The notes: generated by a model not told the origin, from the sequence alone. A DNA stretch of 64,000 nt from an uncultured archaeon (GCA_964384995.1 CAYLMJ010000003.1:25007-89006); one strand, 5' to 3'; shown: positions 25,631-34,530, counted from the stretch's first letter. Numbers and translations: made by a program.

Positions 25631-27952
25631 ATGACGAGGTCTCCCGGACTCATTGTATCGTTCCTGTTTTTACTGATCGCAACCCAGCTCATGCTCGCCC
25701 CGGCCTTTGTGGCTGGGGATGATCATCCATCCGTGGATGTGGAGCTGGACCAGGATATGGAGGAAGTGGGCAACCAGCCTCCCATTGCCGTCATCACCCA
25801 TGTCTTCCGCTCCCGGGTCAATTTCAGCGAGAGCGTGGTGTTGCGGGGAATGGGCGTCGACAACGATGGCTACATCATCCAGTATCGCTGGTGGTCCGAC
25901 CTCGATGGGAATCTGTCCTCGGCCTCGGGGGAGGTGGTATTCGATGATCTTTCCGTGGGAGAGCATGTCATCTCCTTCGCGGTCAAGGACCAATTGGACA
26001 ACTGGTCCCAACCCGACCAGGTGAATGTGACCGTCATGCCTCGAGTGGTTCCATCGGTCACCCATATCCGTCACTATCCCTACTATGTCAAGGTTGGGGA
26101 GGGGGTCCGGTTCTATGCCTACACCAACCCCTCCGACCCATCGATCCAGCGATACAAGTGGGACCTGGAAGGCGATGGTCTCTGGGACAGCCTCACCGGC
26201 TCCGACAACATCTACTACCGCTACACCACCTCCGGACACTACTGTCCCACGGTCATGGTGATGGACGAGGATGGCCAGTGGTCTGAGCCCTACCATGTCA
26301 GCCTGCAGGTGCGGCCCCAATCGTATCATGAGCGTGAAGGAGAGAGCGAGGAGGAGGCCGCGCTGGGTGGACTATGCCTGCTCTTCCTGGTCGTCGTTGT
26401 GCCCCTCGCCACCTACAAGTGGGGTGCAAAGCGCCAGCGAAAGCGATGTCAGGACAAGGGTCATCAGGCCGCGACCAAGACCAAGCAGGACCCGGTGAAG
26501 TTGATGAACGAGGCCTTGGCCCTGGAGGCTCAGGACCCCAACCGGGCCCTGCCACTCTTTAGAGCCGCCAACCAGAAACGGTCCGATGTGCCCGCCTGTT
26601 GTGGGATCATCACGGTCCTCATGATCTTACTGCTGGTGCTCATCCCTCATCCCATCTTCTTCATCGGCGTGGTCCTGGGCATGTGCGCCTGCCTGCTGGC
26701 CACCGAGAACCCTACTCGCAAAAGCGCCCGGGAGCTGGCGCCTCTGGGCGTTGCCCGCTGCTACCTGCGCTCCGATGCACCCGGACACGCTCTGGGGATC
26801 CTGCGCAAGACCAACGGGCTCAACCCGTTCTACCTAGACAACCTCTACGCCGCCACCCGCTCCCTGGCCAGGGGCAACCGCAACCGGGCCAGGTACTTCC
26901 TGGGCCGGGCCTACCGCATCCCACGCCCCAACGGACCGGCCTTCTACTACCTCTCCCTGGGCCTGACCCAGACCCTCATGGAATGGCAGATGCAGAGAAA
27001 GCTCTCTGCCTCCAAGAAGGCCAGGAAGACCGGGAGGACCGACGAGGAGACCCGTTCGCGAAAGAAGTACAAGGTCGTGACGAACAAGGAGCGGCCCAAG
27101 AAGGAGGGCGACAAGATGGAGGGGGAGCCGGTCATGTCCGCAAAGGACAAAGGACCCGCTACCTCCAAGTATCTTCTGAGCTCCGAGCCCCGTGCCGTTC
27201 CGACCAAGATCGATGACGCTTCCCAGGAGCCCAAGCCAAGGCCAGAACCGGAGCCAGCTCAGAGCTCGGAGAGCTCACCGGCCGCCCCCGAACCGGCCGT
27301 GACCGCCCGCCCCGCACCTCAGGCTAAGGCTGTCGTCCCGCCCCCGACCGGGACACCCTCCTCCTCAACATCATCATCAACGCCGGCGGTCTTCTCAACT
27401 GTATCACATTCCATTCCCCCCTCCTCAGCTGAAGCCTCCCCGACCGTCGCCGACACCTCCCGCAAGTGGCGTTCGGCCCGCTCGGGCTCGGTCTGGCGCC
27501 AGAGCCGCTTCGAGGGGCTGACCCTGGCCCCCTCGGCCCTGATGGAACTGGTGGAATGGGTGATGGAGGGGCTCGATCTCGAGCGGATCAAACCCTCGGT
27601 GACCCAGGTCCCGGGCCACTTCATCGGCCTGATACGGTACTTCGCCCATGATCACGAGGGTCGACCCCACGGGGTCCAGCTCGAGGTCATCGGCGGGCTC
27701 AACCGCACCCGCCTGCTGATCCGGGTCTACGCCCCCGATGACAAGGCTCTGGAGGAACTCCACGCCCTGGTGCAGGAGGAGCTCTCCCTGCGCCTGGAGG
27801 TGGCCACTCCGGCGGCCTCACCTGCAGCCTCACCCGCAACCTCACCGACCGACACCCCGGTCCAGAAGGTCTCCGGTGACTATGTCTGCGGCTCCAAGAC
27901 CGAGGTCAAGGACTCGGTGGTCAGCCGCTGGGGCCGCCCCGTCACTGGTTGA
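25631..27952 (+). CDS. Membrane protein: signal peptide, two PKD domains, TM, TPR-like/TM-hairpin module, platform-like C-terminal domain
   Basis: NQPPIAVI..YRWWSDLDG and YKWDLEGDG PKD motifs; ARELAPLGVARCY; C-terminus paralogous to 22224. Confidence 0.82.
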   Translation: MTRSPGLIVSFLFLLIATQLMLAPAFVAGDDHPSVDVELDQDMEEVGNQPPIAVITHVFRSRVNFSESVVLRGMGVDNDGYIIQYRWWSDLDGNLSSASGEVVFDDLSVGEHVISFAVKDQLDNWSQPDQVNVTVMPRVVPSVTHIRHYPYYVKVGEGVRFYAYTNPSDPSIQRYKWDLEGDGLWDSLTGSDNIYYRYTTSGHYCPTVMVMDEDGQWSEPYHVSLQVRPQSYHEREGESEEEAALGGLCLLFLVVVVPLATYKWGAKRQRKRCQDKGHQAATKTKQDPVKLMNEALALEAQDPNRALPLFRAANQKRSDVPACCGIITVLMILLLVLIPHPIFFIGVVLGMCACLLATENPTRKSARELAPLGVARCYLRSDAPGHALGILRKTNGLNPFYLDNLYAATRSLARGNRNRARYFLGRAYRIPRPNGPAFYYLSLGLTQTLMEWQMQRKLSASKKARKTGRTDEETRSRKKYKVVTNKERPKKEGDKMEGEPVMSAKDKGPATSKYLLSSEPRAVPTKIDDASQEPKPRPEPEPAQSSESSPAAPEPAVTARPAPQAKAVVPPPTGTPSSSTSSSTPAVFSTVSHSIPPSSAEASPTVADTSRKWRSARSGSVWRQSRFEGLTLAPSALMELVEWVMEGLDLERIKPSVTQVPGHFIGLIRYFAHDHEGRPHGVQLEVIGGLNRTRLLIRVYAPDDKALEELHALVQEELSLRLEVATPAASPAASPATSPTDTPVQKVSGDYVCGSKTEVKDSVVSRWGRPVTG

Positions 27953-28802
27953 TCGGGGCCAGACCAGAAAGGGCTTCTTCCTCCACCGGTCCCAGCCTGG
28001 CCGGCACCATGAGGGTGTGAGGCGGAGACCCGAACTCCCGTTCGATCAGTTCATCAGCCTTGCCGCAGGCCACCAGCGGGTCGGACCAGCCCGCCCGGGC
28101 CACCACCACCGCCAGATCATCCTCCTTCAGGGGTCCCGAAGGGCCGGTCAACAGCTCCAGACCTTGGTTAGCGGTCATGGCCTCCGGAGACCGAGTGGGG
28201 TCGTCGGCCCGGATGTCCAGGAGCACCAGCGTGTGCAGGTCGGCGGCCAGGTTGGCCCGCACCATCTCCAGGGGACTGGAGGGGGCCTTGCCCGTTCCGT
28301 CGGGCAGGACCAGGGTGACGGTGCGGCCGAAGCGGTAGAAGTCGAGGCCGGCCATCCCCGGAGCAGTGGTCAGGATGGAGGTGTTGGCCACCAACGAACA
28401 TTCGATGCCAGCCTGCCGGGCTTCGGTCCGCAGGGTCGAATGGGTCGTGGCGCTCAGGGGGTCGCCTCCCACCAGCAGCACCGTCGGCCCCCTTCGGGCC
28501 GCCTCTAGCAGAAGGCCTCCCTCCTCGACATAGCATCTTGGCAGAACCACCAGCGATTCCCGGGCCTGATCCAGCAAGCGTTCAACGGGAGGTTCTGCGG
28601 GTGAGCCATCAAGGGAGGCGGGCGGCGCGGGCTCCAGATGGAGACTCCGTCCATGTCTGCTGGCCAGTCGCTCAAGGCTTCCAGGAGGCAGAAGGGTGGT
28701 GTAGGTCTCGGCGAGGAGGAATTGGGTCTCTTCTATGAGCCTCTCCCCCTTCAGGGTCAGGTCATTTTCCCCGCCCAGGCCCAGGCCGACCAGTGAGAGC
28801 AT
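27942..28802 (-). CDS. dph5: Diphthine synthase
   Basis: MLSLVGLGL...LTLKG, ETYT, GDPLSATTH, YRFGRTVT, LHTLVLLDI, GSPPHTLMVP. Confidence 0.93.
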   Translation of the reverse strand: MLSLVGLGLGGENDLTLKGERLIEETQFLLAETYTTLLPPGSLERLASRHGRSLHLEPAPPASLDGSPAEPPVERLLDQARESLVVLPRCYVEEGGLLLEAARRGPTVLLVGGDPLSATTHSTLRTEARQAGIECSLVANTSILTTAPGMAGLDFYRFGRTVTLVLPDGTGKAPSSPLEMVRANLAADLHTLVLLDIRADDPTRSPEAMTANQGLELLTGPSGPLKEDDLAVVVARAGWSDPLVACGKADELIEREFGSPPHTLMVPARLGPVEEEALSGLAPINQ

Positions 28803-28906
28803 GGGCTTCCAGCGGCAAGGACTATTAAAGTCCAATTAACGACCCTTTACCAAAAGCTCTATATCAAGCATCCAACTTAATTAGGGATTAACCGTGGAGG
28901 ACCTCC

Positions 28907-31900
28907 ATGCGTAACTCCCGTCTACTGGTCGGCCTGGTTGGCCTGGGCCTGCTCATCCTGCTCCTTTCCCTGGTGTCAGAGGTATCCGCCCAGACCAGGT
29001 TGGAGGGCAAGGTCACCGATAGGTTCGATGATGGTGTTCAGATGAAGGGGGTCGTCATCGTTCTCACTAAAGAGGACAATGATACCCTGGTATACAATTT
29101 CACCACGGATGCATCGGGCTATTATTCCGAAGAAAAGATGGAACCAGGGAAGTACACATTCGAGGTTTCCCTTGAAGGATACTGGGACCGCGAGGGTAAG
29201 GTGGAGCTCAGCGAGAATGAAACATTCAAACGCGACTTTCAACTATTGCCCAAGGAGGCCGGCAAGGGACTCTTCTGGGGATTCATCAGTAAGTCCCAGG
29301 ATGGTGGGCCAATCGACCATGCGGCCCTGACCATGGAACGTGTCTCCGGCGGACCGACCCAGATCTATCGAACGACCGTGGAAGAGGATGGCTACTTCTC
29401 CAGACTTTTGAATCCTGGTGGATACGACCTTTGGATCGCTGCCTACGGCTATGAAGCAAAAGCCCACGGGACCGAGCAGGTGAAGGACCAGACACCGACC
29501 CGTTACGATTTCTACCTGGACCACGAGACCTCCACCACCAACACCTTCATGGAGAGCTGGATCAAGGATGACAAGGACAACCGGCTGGCCGGGGTCGGCG
29601 TATCCATCACCAAGGATGGCGGCCGCCAGGCCGATCACTTCACCATCAGCGACGCCAACGGCTGGTGGCAGGTGGGTCTGGACAATGGTGGTTCCTACCA
29701 GGTCGACTACCAGCTGGAGGGCTACGGTCCCGTCCAACAAGTGTTCACAGTCAATGAGGGCCAGACCAACCCCGTCGATGTCCAGGTCCTCATTCTCAGA
29801 CCCGACGCCAGCATCGATGGCATCAACACCGGTCATGCGGGTTTCGCGGTCAAGGGCGAGGACATCGTGTTCAAGGGCTCGGCCAGCGGTGGCAGCGGCA
29901 CCTATACCGATCTCGAGTGGAGCTACACCGAACCCGGAGGCGGTTCCCAGGAAACCCTCGGCAGCGGCGACACCCTGACCAAGAGCATTCCCGTCGGCCT
30001 CCAATCGGGCACCTACTCCATCCACCTCAGGGTTCGCGATGACAACGGTCAGTGGAGCGAGACCGTCAGCCAGGAGCTGGAGGTGTATGGCAGACCCAAG
30101 GTCGAGATAGACCTCCAGGGCACCAACAACCCCACCACCGCCGACACCACCGTCATGGGTACCAACGTCCTATCCAGCGACTTTGGCATCGCCAGCCATC
30201 AGTGGCAGCTCTTCCAGGACTCCATCGACAGCGAGCAGCGCCTGGCCGGGGACCAGGAGAGCTTCGAGATCAGGTGGTTCGATCACGGCCTGGAGCCCGA
30301 TGTCTACATCGTGCGGCTGAGGGTCACCGACGAGTACGGGCTGGTGAGCAACTGGGCCACGCAGGATCTGAGCCTCCATGACCAGAACGAGAACCGCCCT
30401 TACATCGAGGGGCTCAACAAGTACGAGTTCTATCCCGATGACTGGCTGGAGGCCCACGGCAACACACAGGGTGCCGACACCGACGATTTCAAATGGGAGA
30501 TAGACGGCCGGGACGTCAGCCACGACCAGAACCTCCATGTCAACCTGAGGGATCTGGACCTGGACCAGGGCGAACATGAGATAGTCTTCGCCTACCACAA
30601 CAGCGAGGACGGCTGGGTCTACAGCGAATCTCAGCGTTTCTACTACAATGCCGATGAGGGGCCCGAGCCCCAAGAGGTCATCATTCCACTGCTGATCATC
30701 TTCATCATCCTGATGCTCATCCGCCGCCGCCGCAAGCGCAAGAGGCGAGCCAAGAAGGAGGCCAAGAAGGCCGCCAAGGCCCCGGCCATCCCCCGGGCCA
30801 CCGCCGCCCCTGGGCTGAACGTGCCCGAGAGCAGTCTCTACGATGGAGGGGCCTCGCCCTACGCCCCCCGGGCCAGGACCGGCCGGCAAAAGGCGCCGGT
30901 CATCGATCTTGCAAGACCCCGGTCGCAACGACCGCACTTGAAGGGCGAGGGTGCTGCCCCTGTGTTCGGAACCTCCATGCCGGACATCGATGGCAAGGGC
31001 AAGCCCAAGGCTCCCGAGGGCAAGATCGAGCTCAAATCGGCGGTCAATTACGAGAAGGCCAACATCATCTTCAAGGTCAAGGTGGAGAACAACACTGACA
31101 AGCCCATCGCCGAGGTGCGGGTGCGGCCCTTTGCCCCCACCAATCTCTTCAAGGCCGACAAGGAGGAGCGCACCATCGGGCTGATCCAACCCAAGCAGGC
31201 CCAGACGGCCACTTTCAAACTGCGGCCCAGGGGCGAGTGCGGCAACGTCACCCTGCAGGCCAAGGTCACCTACTACGACACCGGCACCAACAAGTACGCC
31301 GAGCAGGACGCCAAGCCCCGGGAGACGGCCATCATCTGCCCCATGCTCAAGTATGAGGACATAGACGAGGATGAGTGGCGCAAGAACGTCTCCAAGATGC
31401 TCAAGGTGGAGGAGACCACCGACAAGATTCCCATGGATGGCGAGTCGCTCTACTCCATGGTCTGCGACGTCTTCCAGGACCAGAACCTGACATCCATCTC
31501 GATGAACGTGGACCGGGGCCGGGTCTTCCGCGGCCGGGCCATGTTCTGGGCCAAGGGGGCTGTGGCGGCCAAGGGCCTGGGCTACGCCGCCCAGATCGAG
31601 GTCATCGGCGGCGAGCTGAAGTCCAAGCTCATCCTGAAGGCCTTTGCCAAGGGCGAAGACTCCCTGGTGGGCTTCTACCACTGCCTGCTGGACGAGATCG
31701 AGAAGCGCACCAGCGTCCGCGACTACCTGGACACCGGCGTCACCGTCCAGCATGTCTACGGTGACATGGTCAAGGGTGGCAAGGTGGACATCAAGGACTC
31801 AGTGCTCCAGCGCTCCAACATCACCACCGAGAGCGCCCCCTCTGGATCCGGCGACGATGACGACCCCTACCTGGACGTCAAGGGCGACAAGGTCGAGGGC

Positions 31901-32059
31901 GGCAAGGTCGAGATCCACGACTCCGTCGTAACCAGGTCCAAGGTGGGCCCCGATGGCGAGGAACGGTTATCGGCCGGCGATGACACCACCGGCAGTCTGG
32001 ACGAGGGCATCGACCAGCTCAGGAAGTTCGTCAAGGACGATGAGAAGGACGAGAAGTAG
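28907..32059 (+). CDS. Single-pass receptor-like protein: carboxypeptidase-regulatory-like and PKD-like ectodomains, TM, cytoplasmic appendage-like domain with two tail motifs
   Basis: Signal peptide; three prealbumin-like repeats (GKVTD...TDASGYY); TM IIPLLIIFIILMLI followed by RRRRKRKRR; GGAGG RBS. Confidence 0.85.
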   Translation: MRNSRLLVGLVGLGLLILLLSLVSEVSAQTRLEGKVTDRFDDGVQMKGVVIVLTKEDNDTLVYNFTTDASGYYSEEKMEPGKYTFEVSLEGYWDREGKVELSENETFKRDFQLLPKEAGKGLFWGFISKSQDGGPIDHAALTMERVSGGPTQIYRTTVEEDGYFSRLLNPGGYDLWIAAYGYEAKAHGTEQVKDQTPTRYDFYLDHETSTTNTFMESWIKDDKDNRLAGVGVSITKDGGRQADHFTISDANGWWQVGLDNGGSYQVDYQLEGYGPVQQVFTVNEGQTNPVDVQVLILRPDASIDGINTGHAGFAVKGEDIVFKGSASGGSGTYTDLEWSYTEPGGGSQETLGSGDTLTKSIPVGLQSGTYSIHLRVRDDNGQWSETVSQELEVYGRPKVEIDLQGTNNPTTADTTVMGTNVLSSDFGIASHQWQLFQDSIDSEQRLAGDQESFEIRWFDHGLEPDVYIVRLRVTDEYGLVSNWATQDLSLHDQNENRPYIEGLNKYEFYPDDWLEAHGNTQGADTDDFKWEIDGRDVSHDQNLHVNLRDLDLDQGEHEIVFAYHNSEDGWVYSESQRFYYNADEGPEPQEVIIPLLIIFIILMLIRRRRKRKRRAKKEAKKAAKAPAIPRATAAPGLNVPESSLYDGGASPYAPRARTGRQKAPVIDLARPRSQRPHLKGEGAAPVFGTSMPDIDGKGKPKAPEGKIELKSAVNYEKANIIFKVKVENNTDKPIAEVRVRPFAPTNLFKADKEERTIGLIQPKQAQTATFKLRPRGECGNVTLQAKVTYYDTGTNKYAEQDAKPRETAIICPMLKYEDIDEDEWRKNVSKMLKVEETTDKIPMDGESLYSMVCDVFQDQNLTSISMNVDRGRVFRGRAMFWAKGAVAAKGLGYAAQIEVIGGELKSKLILKAFAKGEDSLVGFYHCLLDEIEKRTSVRDYLDTGVTVQHVYGDMVKGGKVDIKDSVLQRSNITTESAPSGSGDDDDPYLDVKGDKVEGGKVEIHDSVVTRSKVGPDGEERLSAGDDTTGSLDEGIDQLRKFVKDDEKDEK

Positions 32060-32139
32060 GCCTTCATCAGCGGGCCGGCCATCCGGTCAGTATCTGCCGC
32101 CTCCTGTTGCAGTATTGCAGTATGATGGAGTTATAGCCA

Positions 32140-32185
32140 GGGGACTGGGGATATTTCGGGGACTTCCCGCGAACCGGCTATATAG
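32140..32185 (+). promoter_or_regulatory. Shared upstream motif + TATA (copy 4)
   Basis: GGGGA-CT-GGGGA-TATTTC-GGGGACTTCCC-N10-TATATAG, upstream of GTG 32222 / ATG 32231. Confidence 0.75.
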
Positions 32186-32221
32186 GCAGAACCGGAGCCA
32201 TCATCGGTCGTCAGACGGCCA

Positions 32222-34009
32222 GTGAAGCAAATGAAAGACCATGATGAAGATTTCGGTAACGGACAGTACCATACAACAAAGCCTCCCCTGTTGTTTCCCA
32301 ACCTGAGTGAGAACCTAATGAGGTACTTTTCCATCCGGGGATTCATCTCTATCTACTTCGCCTTTTTAGCGTTGATATTCCTGCTCGGGGGTATCGCTAA
32401 CGTAATCCTTTTTTTCATCCTCCCAGAAATGACCTACTTCAATCTCATAATGGGCCTAGCCAGTTTTCATTTAGGCCTTGGTCTGGCTTATCTATCTCGG
32501 TATATCTGGAAAGGAGCGGAAAATGGAGATAGCAAGAAAAAGAAGTGCGAACTGGTCGCATTTAGCTTTGCTTGTGTGATTCTGATATTGGGCACATTTT
32601 TGTGGATTGATAATTATCTGATCAACAATTATATGCGCGACTATGATGACTATTTCCGAATAATAATGCTATTGCCTGTTTTGTTATTGATAGTACTAGT
32701 ATTGGGGTTGCTGATTATCAATAAGATATCCGTCTTTAAAGAGTTATCAAACGCGAAAACATTACGGTGGTTCACGATCCATTTAGTGATATTGTATCCC
32801 TTCATATTCCTTGAATGGTTATTCCTTATTTTCTTTTCCTTTGGAGTAGCTTTTATTATAATTGCGTATACGGGTTTTTGGCTTCGATATGTATTTAAAG
32901 GTAATCTATACAGAAAATCAACAACTATGCCTGTCCAATACTGCGATGATGGGCTGTATTCCTATTTAGCCCTATATGGTGGGTTAAGCTGGATGCCGAT
33001 CTTGGCAACGTTGGCATTGATGATGTGTTTTGGTTTCATGAATTGCTCAACGGTCCTGTTCCATCCGTCCGAGATAGCTGTTATTGTGATTTTTATTACT
33101 CTCTCAATAACACCGCTGTTCATCCTAATGATAAAATTAAGAAATCAATATCATAATCCATATAGATTATTATCAATATGGTTGTGTTCCGTATCACTCC
33201 AATACATCGCTGTTTTAGGTTTGATAATTGATCCAAGGATGGAAGGATTCGGTGGTACGATCAGTACCGTCATCTACTTCACCTGGCCCATCACCTTGCT
33301 GATCCTATCAATATGTTCGAAACTAGCAATTTCCACATGGAAAACAAATGAGAATAGTGTGGAAGGCAGAAATCATTCAAGCCTTTCTATTATACCCGCC
33401 ATAGTCATTTTCCTAGTATTGCCAATTATTTCCATCAATTACGCATACTCAGTGGATTGGCCTGATGAACCATATTATGGTTATGGCCCGCTCATACAAA
33501 TCGAATGTATCGAGAACGACAATGATGATTATGAATGCAAGGTCATCAAGATATCAAGAAACTACGATCTTGAAGCCTACCAGTACTTCCTGAAGGATCG
33601 CACCGGTTTGACCAGCCAGTTCGGTGAGATCGCTCTACAGAACATCAGCGGCTCCTGGCATGGTATAGATGTCACGTGGGACGACGACGGCCCTGCTGAT
33701 ACCAACCAAGGTAACAGCAAGGCCGACCGTGCCAAGGATTCTGGTGGTGCTTACATTGACACCGACCAGGCCCAGATCCGCATAGATGATGTCCAGGCTG
33801 GGACCCAGGGAACCAAGAACAACCAGAAGAGCGAGGGCCGCATCTCGGCATCATTTATGGACAACGACCGCAACGGCAAGCTCACCGCTGGCGATCAGTT
33901 CACCATCAGAGGCAACCAACCATATCATCCAGCCAATGACGGCTGGAGACTGGAGATAAAGTACGACATCTCTGACGACACAATCGGCTCCTTCTTGCTA
34001 GGGGCCTGA
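32222..34009 (+). CDS. AT-rich polytopic membrane protein fused to C-terminal pilin-like globular domain
   Basis: About 10-11 hydrophobic segments in visibly AT-rich DNA; C-terminus aligns with 21589 (CKVIKIS/CVVIKVS, YFLKDRTGL/FFLKDETGL, LTAGD/LNAGD, LEIKY..GSF.LG). Confidence 0.78.
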   Translation: MKQMKDHDEDFGNGQYHTTKPPLLFPNLSENLMRYFSIRGFISIYFAFLALIFLLGGIANVILFFILPEMTYFNLIMGLASFHLGLGLAYLSRYIWKGAENGDSKKKKCELVAFSFACVILILGTFLWIDNYLINNYMRDYDDYFRIIMLLPVLLLIVLVLGLLIINKISVFKELSNAKTLRWFTIHLVILYPFIFLEWLFLIFFSFGVAFIIIAYTGFWLRYVFKGNLYRKSTTMPVQYCDDGLYSYLALYGGLSWMPILATLALMMCFGFMNCSTVLFHPSEIAVIVIFITLSITPLFILMIKLRNQYHNPYRLLSIWLCSVSLQYIAVLGLIIDPRMEGFGGTISTVIYFTWPITLLILSICSKLAISTWKTNENSVEGRNHSSLSIIPAIVIFLVLPIISINYAYSVDWPDEPYYGYGPLIQIECIENDNDDYECKVIKISRNYDLEAYQYFLKDRTGLTSQFGEIALQNISGSWHGIDVTWDDDGPADTNQGNSKADRAKDSGGAYIDTDQAQIRIDDVQAGTQGTKNNQKSEGRISASFMDNDRNGKLTAGDQFTIRGNQPYHPANDGWRLEIKYDISDDTIGSFLLGA

Positions 34010-34067
34010 TTGGTGAACAACCCCACTATCACAAACTTTATCAAGGCCCGCCTTCATGAATTGACCA

Positions 34068-34277
34068 ATGGACTCCGAGATAATCTTTCTCGTTGAAGAA
34101 TCAATTGAAGGCGGCTTCGAGGCCCGTGCTCTCGACCATTCGATCTTCACTCAAGGTGAGACCTTTGAGGAATTGAAGGAGATGGTCAAGGATGCTGTCA
34201 AGTGTCATTTCGAAGCTGATGAGAGGCCCTCAGTCATCCGCCTCCACCAGGTAAAGGAGGAGGTAATGGCGGCTTGA
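34068..34277 (+). CDS. hicB: HicB-like antitoxin
   Basis: EIIFLVEES.EGGF.ARA....IFTQGETFEELKEMVKDAV.CHF partial RNase H-like pattern; overlaps downstream hicA. Confidence 0.8.
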   Translation: MDSEIIFLVEESIEGGFEARALDHSIFTQGETFEELKEMVKDAVKCHFEADERPSVIRLHQVKEEVMAA

Positions 34278-34519
34278 GGCTACCTCGCAACGTATCTGGC
34301 ACACAATTGGCCAAGGCTTTGGGAAAACTGGGCTACGTGTTGGTTCATCAGACCGGAAGCCATATGCGACTGACCCGTCGAGTAGATGAAGAGCACCATC
34401 TGACGATACCCCGACATAAACCGCTAAAGGTCGGAACTCTGAATGGTATCCTCAAGGATGTTGCTGAACACCTGGCCATCAGTCGTCTGGACCTTCTGGA
34501 ACTGCTATTTGGAAAATAG
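34274..34519 (+). CDS. hicA: HicA toxin (mRNA interferase)
   Basis: LGKLGY..VHQTGSHM....LTIPRHKPLKVGTLNGIL. Confidence 0.88.
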   Translation: MRLPRNVSGTQLAKALGKLGYVLVHQTGSHMRLTRRVDEEHHLTIPRHKPLKVGTLNGILKDVAEHLAISRLDLLELLFGK

Positions 34520-34530
34520 AGCTTATATCT

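Noticed and set aside
25280..27935. Diversity-generating retroelement TR/VR pair from near-identical 3' ends of 22224 and 25631
   Set aside because: Both copies are coding paralogue ends, differences are not adenine-specific, and no reverse transcriptase is in the window
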